This document shows, one piece after another, positions 13,428-29,286 of a stretch of DNA of 64,000 bases. Source of the DNA: Auanema rhodensis (taxonomy: Eukaryota > Animalia > Nematoda); NCBI GenBank assembly GCA_964057225.1, contig OZ059898.1, positions 16,616,001 through 16,680,000 on the forward strand, read 5' to 3'. A program made the translations under genes and the position numbers. Every line of letters begins with the position of its first letter. Within the stretch, counting starts at the first letter, position 1. The notes below the pieces were generated by a model, which saw only the letters and a program-made list of their open reading frames with translations, was not told where the DNA came from and did no database searches.

Positions 13428-16400
13428 GTGCACATCACGTTTACATTTAATTAGCATAAATTAAAGTTCACGTAAATTTCAAAGTCATGGTTACCATGAA
13501 CCAATATCAATAAAAATTTGTTTTTAGACTAATATGGACATGGGGAATCTAATTTTGAAAACCGCATCTCTTTATCTTTCACGTGAAGCGAGTTACATAC
13601 CAAGTGCACATCACGTGTACATTTAATTAGCATAAATTAAAGTTCACGTAAATTTCAAAGTCATGGTTACCATGCACCAATATCAATAAAAATTTGTTTT
13701 TAGACTAATATGGACATGGGGAATCTAATTTTGAAAACCGCATCTCTTTATCTCTTACGTGAAGCGAGTTACATACCAAGTACACATCACGTGTACATTT
13801 AATTAGCATAAATTAAAGTTCACGTAAATTTCAAAGTCATGGTTACCATGAACTAATATCAACAAAAATTTGTTTTGAGACTAATATGGACATGGGGAAT
13901 CTAATTTTGAAAACCGCATCTCTTTATCTTTCACGTGAAGCGAGTTACATACCAAGTGCACATCACGTTTACATTTAATTAGCATAAATTAAAGTTCACG
14001 TAAATTTCAAAGTCATGGTTACCATGAACCAATATCAATAAAAATTTGTTTTTAGACTAATATGGACATGGGGAATCTAATTTTGAAAACCGCATCTCTT
14101 TATCTTTCACGTGAAGCGAGTTACATACCAAGTGCACATCACGTGTACATTTAATTAGCATAAATTAAAGTTCACGTAAATTTCAAAGTCATGGTTACCA
14201 TGCACCAATATCAATAAAAATTTGTTTTTAGACTAATATGGACATGGGGAATCTAATTTTGAAAACCGCATCTCTTTATCTTTTACGTGAAGCGAGTTAC
14301 ATACCAAGTGCACATCACGTGTACATTTAATTAGCATAAATTAAAGTTCACGTAAATTTCAAAGTCATGGTTACCATGAACCAATATCAATAAAAATTTG
14401 TTTTTAGACTAATATGGACATGGGGAATCTAATTTTGAAAACCGCATCTCTTTATCTTTCACGTGAAGCGAGTTACATACCAAGTGCACATCACGTTTAC
14501 ATTTAATTAGCATAAATTAAAGTTCACGTAAATTTCAAAGTCATGGTTACCATGAACCAATATCAATAAAAATTTGTTTTTAGACTAATATGGACATGGG
14601 GAATCTAATTTTGAAAACCGCATCTCTTTATCTTTCACGTGAAGCGAGTTACATACCAAGTGCACATCACGTTTACATTTAATTAGCATAAATTAAAGTT
14701 CACGTAAATTTCAAAGTCATGGTTACCATGAACCAATATCAATAAAAATTTGTTTTTAGACTAATATGGACATGGGGAATCTAATTTTGAAAACCGCATC
14801 TCTTTATCTTTCACGTGAAGCGAGTTACATACCAAGTGCACATCACGTTTACATTTAATTAGCATAAATTAAAGTTCACGTAAATTTCAAAGTCATGGTT
14901 ACCATGAACCAATATCAATAAAAATTTGTTTTTAGACTAATATGGACATGGGGAATCTAATTTTGAAAACCGCATCTCTTTATCTTTCACGTGAAGCGAG
15001 TTACATACCAAGTGCACATCACGTGTACATTTAATTAGCATAAATTAAAGTTCACGTAAATTTCAAAGTCATGGTTACCATGCACCAATATCAATAAAAA
15101 TTTGTTTTTAGACTAATATGGACATGGGGAATCTAATTTTGAAAACCGCATCTCTTTATCTTTTACGTGAAGCGAGTTACATACCAAGTGCACATCACGT
15201 GTACATTTAATTAGCATAAATTAAAGTTCACGTAAATTTCAAAGTCATGGTTACCATGAACCAATATCAATAAAAATTTGTTTTTAGACTAATATGGACA
15301 TGGGGAATCTAATTTTGAAAACCGCATCTCTTTATCTTTCACGTGAAGCGAGTTACATACCAAGTGCATATCACGTGTACATTTAATTAGCATAAATTAA
15401 AGTTCACGTAAATTTCAAAGTCATGGTTACCATGAACTAATATCAACAAAAATTTGTTTTGAGACTAATATGGACATGGGGAATCTAATTTTGAAAACCG
15501 CATCTCTTTATCTTTCACGTGAAGCGAGTTACATACCAAGTGCACATCACGTGTACATTTAATTAGCATAAATTAAAGTTCACGTAAATTTCAAAGTCAT
15601 GGTTACCATGAACTAATATCAACAAAAATTTGTTTTGAGACTAATATGGACATGGGGAATCTAATTTTGAAAACCGCATCTCTTTATCTTTCACGTGAAG
15701 CGAGTTACATACCAAGTGCACATCACGTGTACATTTAATTAGCATAAATTAAAGTTCACGTAAATTTCAAAGTCATGGTTACCATGAACTAATATCAACA
15801 AAAATTTGTTTTGAGACTAATATGGACATGGGGAATCTAATTTTGAAAACCGCATCTCTTTATCTTTCACGTGAAGCGAGTTACATACCAAGTGCACATC
15901 ACGTGTACATTTAATTAGCATAAATTAAAGTTCACGTAAATTTCAAAGTCATGGTTACCATGAACTAATATCAACAAAAATTTGTTTTGAGACTAATATG
16001 GACATGGGGAATCTAATTTTGAAAACCGCATCTCTTTATCTTTCACGTGAAGCGAGTTACATACCAAGTGCACATCACGTGTACATTTAATTAGCATAAA
16101 TTAAAGTTCACGTAAATTTCAAAGTCATGGTTACCATGAACTAATATCAACAAAAATTTGTTTTGAGACTAATATGGACATGGGGAATCTAATTTTGAAA
16201 ACCGCATCTCTTTATCTTTCACGTGAAGCGAGTTACATACCAAGTGCACATCACGTTTACATTTAATTAGCATAAATTAAAGTTCACGTAAATTTCAAAG
16301 TCATGGTTACCATGAACTAATATCAACAAAAATTTGTTTTGAGACTAATATGGACATGGGGAATCTAATTTTGAAAACCGCATCTCTTTATCTTTCACGT

Positions 16401-17123
16401 GAAGCGAGTTACATACCAAGTGCACATCACGTGTACATTTAATTAGCATAAATTAAAGTTCACGTAAATTTTAAAGTCATGGTTACCATGAACTAATATC
16501 AACAAAAATTTGTTTTGAGACTAATATGGACATGGGGAATCTAATTTTGAAAACCGCATCTCTTTATCTTTCACGTGAAGCGAGTTACATACCAAGTGCA
16601 CATCACGTGTACATTTAATTAGCATAAATTAAAGTTCACGTAAATTTCAAAGTCATGGTTACCATGAACCAATATCAATAAAAATTTGTTTTTAGACTAA
16701 TATGGACATGGGGAATCTAATTTTCGAAACCGCATCTCTTTATCTTTCACGTGAAGCGAGTTACATACCAAGTGCACATCACTTTTACATTTAATTAGCA
16801 TAAATTAAAGTTCACGTAAATTTCAAAGTCATGGTTACCATGAACCAATATCAATAAAAATTTGTTTTTAGACTAATATGGACATGGGGAATCTAATTTT
16901 GAAAACCGCATCTCTTTATCTTTCACGTGAAGCGAGTTACATACCAAGTGCACATCACGTGTACATTTAATTAGCATAAATTAAAGTTCACGTAAATTTC
17001 AAAGTCATGGTTACCATGAACCAATATCAATAAAAATTTGTTTTTAGACTAATATGGACATGGGGAATCTAATTTTGAAAACCGCATCTCTTTATCTTTC
17101 ACGTGAAGCGAGTTACATACCAA

Positions 17124-17316
17124 GTGCACATCACGTGTACGCATGAATTAAAGTTCACGTAAATTAGCATGAATTAAAGTTCACGTAAATTTCAAAGTCA
17201 TGGTTACCATGAACTAATATCAACAAAAATTTGTTTTGAGACTAATATGGACATGGGGAATCTAATTTTGAAAACCGCATCTCTTTATCTTTCACGTGAA
17301 GCGAGTTACATACCAA
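17124..17316. repeat. 193-bp rearranged monomer, copy 4
   Basis: Same junction; offset 3889 = 193 + 21x176 from copy 3. Confidence 0.97.
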
Positions 17317-20300
17317 GTGCACATCACGTTTACATTTAATTAGCATAAATTAAAGTTCACGTAAATTTCAAAGTCATGGTTACCATGAACCAATATCAAT
17401 AAAAATTTGTTTTTAGACTAATATGGACATGGGGAATCTAATTTTGAAAACCGCATCTCTTTATCTTTCACGTGAAGCGAGTTACATACCAAGTGCACAT
17501 CACGTGTACATTTAATTAGCATAAATTAAAGTTCACGTAAATTTCAAAGTCATGGTTACCATGCACCAATATCAATAAAAATTTGTTTTTAGACTAATAT
17601 GGACATGGGGAATCTAATTTTGAAAACCGCATCTCTTTATCTCTTACGTGAAGCGAGTTACATACCAAGTACACATCACGTGTACATTTAATTAGCATAA
17701 ATTAAAGTTCACGTAAATTTCAAAGTCATGGTTACCATGAACTAATATCAACAAAAATTTGTTTTGAGACTAATATGGACATGGGGAATCTAATTTTGAA
17801 AACCGCATCTCTTTATCTTTCACGTGAAGCGAGTTACATACCAAGTGCACATCACGTTTACATTTAATTAGCATAAATTAAAGTTCACGTAAATTTCAAA
17901 GTCATGGTTACCATGAACCAATATCAATAAAAATTTGTTTTTAGACTAATATGGACATGGGGAATCTAATTTTGAAAACCGCATCTCTTTATCTTTCACG
18001 TGAAGCGAGTTACATACCAAGTGCACATCACGTGTACATTTAATTAGCATAAATTAAAGTTCACGTAAATTTCAAAGTCATGGTTACCATGCACCAATAT
18101 CAATAAAAATTTGTTTTTAGACTAATATGGACATGGGGAATCTAATTTTGAAAACCGCATCTCTTTATCTTTTACGTGAAGCGAGTTACATACCAAGTGC
18201 ACATCACGTGTACATTTAATTAGCATAAATTAAAGTTCACGTAAATTTCAAAGTCATGGTTACCATGAACCAATATCAATAAAAATTTGTTTTTAGACTA
18301 ATATGGACATGGGGAATCTAATTTTGAAAACCGCATCTCTTTATCTTTCACGTGAAGCGAGTTACATACCAAGTGCACATCACGTTTACATTTAATTAGC
18401 ATAAATTAAAGTTCACGTAAATTTCAAAGTCATGGTTACCATGAACCAATATCAATAAAAATTTGTTTTTAGACTAATATGGACATGGGGAATCTAATTT
18501 TGAAAACCGCATCTCTTTATCTTTCACGTGAAGCGAGTTACATACCAAGTGCACATCACGTTTACATTTAATTAGCATAAATTAAAGTTCACGTAAATTT
18601 CAAAGTCATGGTTACCATGAACCAATATCAATAAAAATTTGTTTTTAGACTAATATGGACATGGGGAATCTAATTTTGAAAACCGCATCTCTTTATCTTT
18701 CACGTGAAGCGAGTTACATACCAAGTGCACATCACGTTTACATTTAATTAGCATAAATTAAAGTTCACGTAAATTTCAAAGTCATGGTTACCATGAACCA
18801 ATATCAATAAAAATTTGTTTTTAGACTAATATGGACATGGGGAATCTAATTTTGAAAACCGCATCTCTTTATCTTTCACGTGAAGCGAGTTACATACCAA
18901 GTGCACATCACGTTTACATTTAATTAGCATAAATTAAAGTTCACGTAAATTTCAAAGTCATGGTTACCATGAACCAATATCAATAAAAATTTGTTTTTAG
19001 ACTAATATGGACATGGGGAATCTAATTTTGAAAACCGCATCTCTTTATCTTTCACGTGAAGCGAGTTACATACCAAGTGCATATCACGTGTACATTTAAT
19101 TAGCATAAATTAAAGTTCACGTAAATTTCAAAGTCATGGTTACCATGAACTAATATCAACAAAAATTTGTTTTGAGACTAATATGGACATGGGGAATCTA
19201 ATTTTGAAAACCGCATCTCTTTATCTTTCACGTGAAGCGAGTTACATACCAAGTGCACATCACGTGTACATTTAATTAGCATAAATTAAAGTTCACGTAA
19301 ATTTCAAAGTCATGGTTACCATGAACTAATATCAACAAAAATTTGTTTTGAGACTAATATGGACATGGGGAATCTAATTTTGAACACCGCATCTCTTTAT
19401 CTTTCACGTGAAGCGAGTTACATACCAAGTGCACATCACGTGTACATTTAATTAGCATAAATTAAAGTTCACGTAAATTTCAAAGTCATGGTTACCATGA
19501 ACTAATATCAACAAAAATTTGTTTTGAGACTAATATGGACATGGGGAATCTAATTTTGAAAACCGCATCTCTTTATCTTTCACGTGAAGCGAGTTACATA
19601 CCAAGTGCACATCACGTTTACATTTAATTAGCATAAATTAAAGTTCACGTAAATTTCAAAGTCATGGTTACCATGAACTAATATCAACAAAAATTTGTTT
19701 TGAGACTAATATGGACATGGGGAATCTAATTTTGAAAACCGCATCTCTTTATCTTTCACGTGAAGCGAGTTACATACCAAGTGCACATCACGTGTACATT
19801 TAATTAGCATAAATTAAAGTTCACGTAAATTTCAAAGTCATGGTTACCATGAACTAATATCAACAAAAATTTGTTTTGAGACTAATATGGACATGGGGAA
19901 TCTAATTTTGAAAACCGCATCTCTTTATCTTTCACGTGAAGCGAGTTACATACCAAGTGCACATCACGTGTACATTTAATTAGCATAAATTAAAGTTCAC
20001 GTAAATTTCAAAGTCATGGTTACCATGCACCAATATCAATAAAAATTTGTTTTTAGACTAATATGGACATGAGGAATCTAATTTTAAAAACCGCATCTCT
20101 TTATCTTTCACGTGAAGCGAGTTACATACCAAGTGCACATCACGTGTACATTTAATTAGCATAAATTAAAGTTCACGTAAATTTCAAAGTCATGGTTACC
20201 ATGAACCAATATCAATAAAAATTTGTTTTTAGACTAATATGGACATGGGGAATCTAATTTTAAAAACCGCATCTCTTTATCTTTCACGTGAAGCGAGTTA

Positions 20301-22596
20301 CATACCAAGTGCACATCACGTGTACATTTAATTAGCATAAATTAAAGTTCACGTAAATTTCAAAGTCATGGTTACCATGAACCAATATCAATAAAAATTT
20401 GTTTTTAGACTAATATGGACATGGGGAATCTAATTTTGAAAACCGCATCTCTTTATCTTTCACGTGAAGCGAGTTACATACCAAGTGCACATCACGTGTA
20501 CATTTAATTAGCATAAATTAAAGTTCACGTAAATTTCAAAGACATGGTTACCATGAACCAATATCAATAAAAATTTGTTTTTAGACTAATATGGACATGG
20601 GGAATCTAATTTTGAAAACCGTATCTCTTTATCTTTCACGTGAAGCGAGTTACATACCAAGTACACATCACGTGTACATTTAATTAGCATAAATTAAAGT
20701 TCACGTAAATTTCAAAGTCATGGTTACCATGCACCAATATCAATAAAAATTTGTTTTTAGACTAATATGGACATGGGGAATCTAATTTTGAAAACCGCAT
20801 CTCTTTATTTTTCACGTGAAGCGAGTTACATACCAAGTGCATATCACGTGTACATTTAATTAGCATAAATTAAATTTCACGTAAATTTCAAAGTCATGGT
20901 TACCATGAACCAATATCAATAAAAATTTGTTTTTAGACTAATATGGACATGGGGAATCTAATTTTGAAAACCGCATCTCTTTATCTTTTACGTGAAGCGA
21001 GTTACATACCAAGTGCACATCACGTGTACATTTAATTAGCATAAATTAAAGTTCACGTAAATTTCAAAGTCATGGTTACCATGAACCAATATCAATAAAA
21101 ATTTGTTTTTAGACTAATATGGACATGGGGAATCTAATTTTGAAAACCGCATCTCTTTATCTTTCACGTGAAGCGAGTTACATACCAAGTGCACATCACG
21201 TGTACATTTAATTAGCATAAATTAAAGTTCACGTAAATTTCAAAGTCATGGTTACCATGAACCAATATCAACAAAAATTTGTTTTGAGACTAATATGGAC
21301 ATGGGGAATCTAATTTTGAAAACCGCATCTCTTTATCTTTCACGTGAAGCGAGTTACATACCAAGTGCACATCACGTTTACATTTAATTAGCATAAATTA
21401 AAGTTCACGTAAATTTCAAAGTCATGGTTACCATGAACCAATATCAATAAAAATTTGTTTTTAGACTAATATGGACATGGGGAATCTAATTTTGAAAACC
21501 GCATCTCTTTATCTTTCACGTGAAGCGAGTTACATACCAAGTGCACATCACGTTTACATTTAATTAGCATAAATTAAAGTTCACGTAAATTTCAAAGTCA
21601 TGGTTACCATGAACCAATATCAATAAAAATTTGTTTTTAGACTAATATGGACATGGGGAATCTAATTTTGAAAACCGCATCTCTTGATCTTTCACGTGAA
21701 GCGAGTTACATACCAAGTGCACATCACGTGTACATTTAATTAGCATAAATTAAAGTTCACGTAAATTTCAAAGTCATGGTTACCATGAACCAATATCAAT
21801 AAAAATTTGTTTTTAGACTAATATGGACATGGGGAATCTAATTTTGAAAACCGCATCTCTTTATCTTTCACGTGAAGCGAGTTACATACCAAGTGCACAT
21901 CACGTGTACATTTAATTAGCATAAATTAAAGTTCACGTAAATTTCAAAGTCATGGTTACCATGAACCAATATCAATAAAAATTTGTTTTTAGACTAATAT
22001 GGACATGGGGAATCTAATTTTGAAAACCGCATCTCTTTATCTTTCACGTGAAGCGAGTTACATACCAAGTGCACATCACGTGTACATTTAATTAGCATAA
22101 ATTAAAGTTCACGTAAATTTCAAAGACATGGTTACCATGAACCAATATCAATAAAAATTTGTTTTTAGACTAATATGGACATGGGGAATCTAATTTTGAA
22201 AACCGCATCTCTTTATCTTTCACGTGAAGCGAGTTACATACCAAGTGCACATCACGTGTACATTTAATTAGCATAAATTAAAGTTCACGTAAATTTCAAA
22301 GTCATGGTTACCATGAACCAATATCAACAAAAATTTGTTTTGAGACTAATATGGACATGGGGAATCTAATTTTGAAAACCGCATCTCTTTATCTTTCACG
22401 TGAAGCGAGTTACATACCAAGTGCACATCACGTTTACATTTAATTAGCATAAATTAAAGTTCACGTAAATTTCAAAGTCATGGTTACCATGAACCAATAT
22501 CAATAAAAATTTGTTTTTAGACTAATATGGACATGGGGAATCTAATTTTGAAAACCGCATCTCTTTATCTTTCACGTGAAGCGAGTTACATACCAA

Positions 22597-22771
22597 GTGC
22601 ACATCACGTTTACATTTAATTAGCATAAATTAAAGTTCACGTAAATTTCAAAGTCATGGTTACCATGAACCAATATCAATAAAAATTTGATTTAGACTAA
22701 TATGGACATGGGGAATCTAATTTTGAAAACTGCATCTCTTTATCTTTCACGTGAAGCGAGTTACATACCAA
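22597..22771. repeat. 175-bp monomer type A (TTTGATTTAG); second copy at 27524-27698
   Basis: AAAAATTTGATTTAGAC vs consensus AAAAATTTGTTTTTAGAC; array phase shifts by -1. Confidence 0.93.
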
Positions 22772-25700
22772 GTGCACATCACGTGTACATTTAATTAGCA
22801 TAAATTAAAGTTCACGTAAATTTCAAAGTCATGGTTACCATGCACCAATATCAATAAAAATTTGTTTTTAGACTAATATGGACATGGGGAATCTAATTTT
22901 GAAAACCGCATCTCTTTATCTCTCACGTGAAGCGAGTTACATACCAAGTGCACATGACGTGTACATTTAATTAGCATAAATTAAAGTTCACGTAAATTTC
23001 AAAGTCATGGTTACCATGAACCAATATCAATAAAAATTTGTTTTTAGACTAATATGGACATGGGGAATCTAATTTTGAAAACCGCATCTCTTGATCTTTC
23101 ACGTGAAGCGAGTTACATACCAAGTGCACATCACGTGTACATTTAATTAGCATAAATTAAAGTTCACGTAAATTTCAAAGTCATGGTTACCATGAACCAA
23201 TATCAATAAAAATTTGTTTTTAGACTAATATGGACATGGGGAATCTAATTTTGAAAACCGCATCTCTTTATCTTTCACGTGAAGCGAGTTACATACCAAG
23301 TGCACATCACGTGTACATTTAATTAGCATAAATTAAAGTTCACGTAAATTTCAAAGTCATGGTTACCATGAACCAATATCAACAAAAATTTGTTTTGAGA
23401 CTAATATGGACATGGGGAATCTAATTTTGAAAACCGCATCTCTTTATCTTTCACGTGAAGCGAGTTACATACCAAGTGCACATCACGTTTACATTTAATT
23501 AGCATAAATTAAAGTTCACGTAAATTTCAAAGTCATGGTTACCATGAACCAATATCAATAAAAATTTGTTTTTAGACTAATATGGACATGGGGAATCTAA
23601 TTTTGAAAACCGCATCTCTTTATCTTTCACGTGAAGCGAGTTACATACCAAGTGCACATCACGTTTACATTTAATTAGCATAAATTAAAGTTCACGTAAA
23701 TTTCAAAGTCATGGTTACCATGAACCAATATCAATAAAAATTTGTTTTTAGACTAATATGGACATGGGGAATCTAATTTTGAAAACCGCATCTCTTGATC
23801 TTTCACGTGAAGCGAGTTACATACCAAGTGCACATCACGTGTACATTTAATTAGCATAAATTAAAGTTCACGTAAATTTCAAAGTCATGGTTACCATGAA
23901 CCAATATCAATAAAAATTTGTTTTTAGACTAATATGGACATGGGGAATCTAATTTTGAAAACCGCATCTCTTTATCTTTCACGTGAAGCGAGTTACATAC
24001 CAAGTGCACATCACGTGTACATTTAATTAGCATAAATTAAAGTTCACGTAAATTTCAAAGTCATGGTTACCATGAACCAATATCAATAAAAATTTGTTTT
24101 TAGACTAATATGGACATGGGGAATCTAATTTTGAAAACCGCATCTCTTGATCTTTCACGTGAAGCGAGTTACATACGAAGTGCACATCACGTGTACATTT
24201 AATTAGCATAAATTAAAGTTCACGTAAATTTCAAAGTCATGGTTACCATGAACCAATATCAATAAAAATTTGTTTTTAGACTAATATGGACATGGGGAAT
24301 CTAATTTTGAAAACCGCATCTCTTTATCTTTCACGTGAAGCGAGTTACATACCAAGTGCACATCACGTGTACATTTAATTAGCATAAATTAAAGTTCACG
24401 TAAATTTCAAAGTCATGGTTACCATGAACCAATATCAATACAAATTTGTTTTTAGACTAATATGGACATGGGGAATCTAATTTTGAAAACCGCATCTCTT
24501 GATCTTTCACGTGAAGCGAGTTACATACCAAGTGCACATCACGTGTACATTTAATTAGCATAAATTAAAGTTCACGTAAATTTCAAAGTCATGGTTACCA
24601 TGAACCAATATCAATAAAAATTTGTTTTTAGACTAATATGGACATGGGGAATCTAATTTTGAAAACCGCATCTCTTTATCTTTCACGTGAAGCGAGTTAC
24701 ATACCAAGTGCACATCACGTGTACATTTAATTAGCATAAATTAAAGTTCACGTAAATTTCAAAGTCATGGTTACCATGAACCAATATCAATAAAAATTTG
24801 TTTTTAGACTAATATGGACATGGGGAATCTAATTTTGAAAACCGCATCTCTTTATCTTTCACGTGAAGCGAGTTACATACCAAGTGCACATCACGTGTAC
24901 ATTTAATTAGCATAAATTAAAGTTCACGTAAATTTCAAAGACATGGTTACCATGAACCAATATCAATAAAAATTTGTTTTTAGACTAATATGGACATGGG
25001 GAATCTAATTTTGAAAACCGTATCTCTTTATCTTTCACGTGAAGCGAGTTACATACCAAGTACACATCACGTGTACATTTAATTAGCATAAATTAAAGTT
25101 CACGTAAATTTCAAAGTCATGGTTACCATGCACCAATATCAATAAAAATTTGTTTTTAGACTAATATGGACATGGGGAATCTAATTTTGAAAACCGCATC
25201 TCTTTATTTTTCACGTGAAGCGAGTTACATACCAAGTGCATATCACGTGTACATTTAATTAGCATAAATTAAAGTTCACGTAAATTTCAAAGTCATGGTT
25301 ACCATGAACCAATATCAATAAAAATTTGTTTTTAGACTAATATGGACATGGGGAATCTAATTTTGAAAACCGCATCTCTTTATCTTTTACGTGAAGCGAG
25401 TTACATACCAAGTGCACATCACGTGTACATTTAATTAGCATAAATTAAAGTTCACGTAAATTTCAAAGTCATGGTTACCATGAACCAATATCAATAAAAA
25501 TTTGTTTTTAGACTAATATGGACATGGGGAATCTAATTTTGAAAACCGCATCTCTTTATCTTTCACGTGAAGCGAGTTACATACCAAGTGCACATCACGT
25601 TTACATTTAATTAGCATAAATTAAAGTTCACGTAAATTTCAAAGTCATGGTTACCATGAACCAATATCAATAAAAATTTGTTTTTAGACTAATATGGACA

Positions 25701-28700
25701 TGGGGAATCTAATTTTGAAAACCGCATCTCTTGATCTTTCACGTGAAGCGAGTTACATACCAAGTGCACATCACGTGTACATTTAATTAGCATAAATTAA
25801 AGTTCACGTAAATTTCAAAGTCATGGTTACCATGAACCAATATCAATAAAAATTTGTTTTTAGACTAATATGGACATGGGGAATCTAATTTTGAAAACCG
25901 CATCTCTTTATCTTTCACGTGAAGCGAGTTACATACCAAGTGCACATCACGTGTACATTTAATTAGCATAAATTAAAGTTCACGTAAATTTCAAAGTCAT
26001 GGTTACCATGAACCAATATCAATAAAAATTTGTTTTTAGACTAATATGGACATGGGGAATCTAATTTTGAAAACCGCATCTCTTTATCTTTCACGTGAAG
26101 CGAGTTACATACCAAGTGCACATCACGTGTACATTTAATTAGCATAAATTAAAGTTCACGTAAATTTCAAAGACATGGTTACCATGAACCAATATCAATA
26201 AAAATTTGTTTTTAGACTAATATGGACATGGGGAATCTAATTTTGAAAACCGTATCTCTTTATCTTTCACGTGAAGCGAGTTACATACCAAGTACACATC
26301 ACGTGTACATTTAATTAGCATAAATTAAAGTTCACGTAAATTTCAAAGTCATGGTTACCATGCACCAATAGCAATAAAAATTTGTTTTTAGACTAATATG
26401 GCCATGGGGAATCTAATTTTAAAAACCGCATCTCTTTATCTTTCACGTGAAGCGAGTTACATACCAAGTGCACATCACGTGTACATTTAATTAGCATAAA
26501 TTAAAGTTCACGTAAATTTCAAAGTCATGGTTACCATGAACCAATATCAATAAAAATTTGTTTTTAGACTAATATGGACATGGGGAATCTAATTTTGAAA
26601 ACCGCATCTCTTTATCTTTTACGTGAAGCGAGTTACATACCAAGTGCACATCACGTGTACATTTAATTAGCATAAATTAAAGTTCACGTAAATTTCAAAG
26701 TCATGGTTACCATGAACCAATATCAATAAAAATTTGTTTTTAGACTAATATGGACATGGCGAATCTAATTTTGAAAACCGTATCTCTTTATCTTTCACGT
26801 GAAGCGAGTTACATACCAAGTACACATCACGTGTACATTTAATTAGCATAAATTAAAGTTCACGTAAATTTCAAAGTCATGGTTACCATGCACCAATATC
26901 AATAAAAATTTGTTTTTAGACTAATATGGCCATGGGGAATCTAATTTTGAAAACCGCATCTCTTTATCTTTCACGTGAAGCGAGTTACATACCAAGTGCA
27001 CATCACGTGTACATTTAATTAGCATAAATTAAAGTTCACGTAAATTTCAAAGTCATGGTTACCATGAACCAATATCAATAAAAATTTGTTTTTAGACTAA
27101 TATGGACATGGGGAATCTAATTTTGAAAACCGCATCTCTTTATCTTTTACGTGAAGCGAGTTACATACCAAGTGCACATCACGTGTACATTTAATTAGCA
27201 TAAATTAAAGTTCACGTAAATTTCAAAGTCATGGTTACCATGAACCAATATCAATAAAAATTTGTTTTTAGACTAATATGGACATGGGGAATCTAACTTT
27301 GAAAACCGCATCTCTTTATCTTTCACGTGAAGCGAGTTACATACCAAGTGCACATCACGTGTACATTTAATTAGCATAAATTAAAGTTCACGTAAATTTC
27401 AAAGTCATGGTTACCATGAACTAATATCAACAAAAATTTGTTTTGAGACTAATATGGACATGGGGAATCTAATTTCGAAAACCGCATCTCTTTATCTTTC
27501 ACGTGAAGCGAGTTACATACCAAGTGCACATCACGTTTACATTTAATTAGCATAAATTAAAGTTCACGTAAATTTCAAAGTCATGGTTACCATGAACCAA
27601 TATCAATAAAAATTTGATTTAGACTAATATGGACATGGGGAATCTAATTTTGAAAACCGCATCTCTTTATCTTTCACGTGAAGCGAGTTACATACCAAGT
27701 GCACATCACGTGTACATTTAATTAGCATAAATTAAAGTTCACGTAAATTTCAAAGTCATGGTTACCATGCACCAATATCAATAAAAATTTGTTTTTAGAC
27801 TAATATGGACATGGGGAATCTAATTTTGAAAACCGCATCTCTTTATCTCTCACGTGAAGCGAGTTACATACCAAGTGCACATGACGTGTACATTTAATTA
27901 GCATAAATTAAAGTTCACGTAAATTTCAAAGTCATGGTTACCATGAACCAATATCAATAAAAATTTGTTTTTAGACTAATATGGACATGGGGAATCTAAT
28001 TTTGAAAACCGCATCTCTTTATCTTTCACGTGAAGCGAGTTACATACCAAGTGCACATCACGTGTACATTTAATTAGCATAAATTAAAGTTCACGTAAAT
28101 TTCAAAGTCATGGTTACCATGAACTAATATCAACAAAAATTTGTTTTGAGACTAATATGGACATGGGGAATCTAATTTTGAAAACCGCATCTCTTTATCT
28201 TTCACGTGAAGCGAGTTACATACCAAGTGCACATCACGTTTACATTTAATTAGCATAAATTAAAGTTCACGTAAATTTCAAAGTCATGGTTACCATGAAC
28301 CAATATCAATAAAAATTTGTTTTTAGACTAATATGGACATGGGGAATCTAATTTTGAAAACCGCATCTCTTTATCTTTCACGTGAAGCGAGTTACATACC
28401 AAGTGCACATCACGTGTACATTTAATTAGCATAAATTAAAGTTCACGTAAATTTCAAAGTCATGGTTACCATGCACCAATATCAATAAAAATTTGTTTTT
28501 AGACTAATATGGACATGGGGAATCTAATTTTGAAAACCGCATCTCTTTATCTCTCACGTGAAGCGAGTTACATACCAAGTGCACATGACGTGTACATTTA
28601 ATTAGCATAAATTAAAGTTCACGTAAATTTCAAAGTCATGGTTACCATGAACCAATATCAATAAAAATTTGTTTTTAGACTAATATGGACATGGGGAATC

Positions 28701-29106
28701 TAATTTTGAAAACCGCATCTCTTTATCGTTCACGTGAAGCGAGTTACATACCAAGTGCACATCACGTTTACATTTAATTAGCATAAATTAAAGTTCACGT
28801 AAATTTCAAAGTCATGGTTACCATGAACCAATATCAATAAAAATTTGTTTTTAGACTAATATGGACATGGGGAATCTAATTTTGAAAACCGCATCTCTTT
28901 ATCTTTCACGTGAAGCGAGTTACATACCAAGTGCACATCACGTGTACATTTAATTAGCATAAATTAAAGTTCACGTAAATTTCAAAGTCATGGTTACCAT
29001 GCACCAATATCAATAAAAATTTGTTTTTAGACTAATATGGACATGGGGAATCTAATTTTGAAAACCGCATCTCTTTATCTTTCACGTGAAGCGAGTTACA
29101 TACCAA

Positions 29107-29286
29107 GTGCACATCACGTGTACATTTAATTAGCATAAATTAAAGTTCACGTAAATTTCAAAGTCATGGTTACCATGCACCAATATCAATAAAAATTTGT
29201 TTTTAAAAAGACTAATATGCACATGGGGAATCTAATTTTGAAAACCGCATCTCTTTATCTTTCACGTGAAGCGAGTTACATACCAA
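29107..29286. repeat. 180-bp monomer (AAAA insertion, G110C, A72C)
   Basis: TTGTTTTTAAAAAGACTAATATGCAC instead of TTGTTTTTAGACTAATATGGAC. Confidence 0.95.

Larger units (their letters stand above)
13059..18900. repeat. 11-monomer block duplication: 13059-15011 = 16948-18900 (offset 3889)
   Basis: Same ordered variants from the 193-bp monomer through three G14T monomers. Confidence 0.9.
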
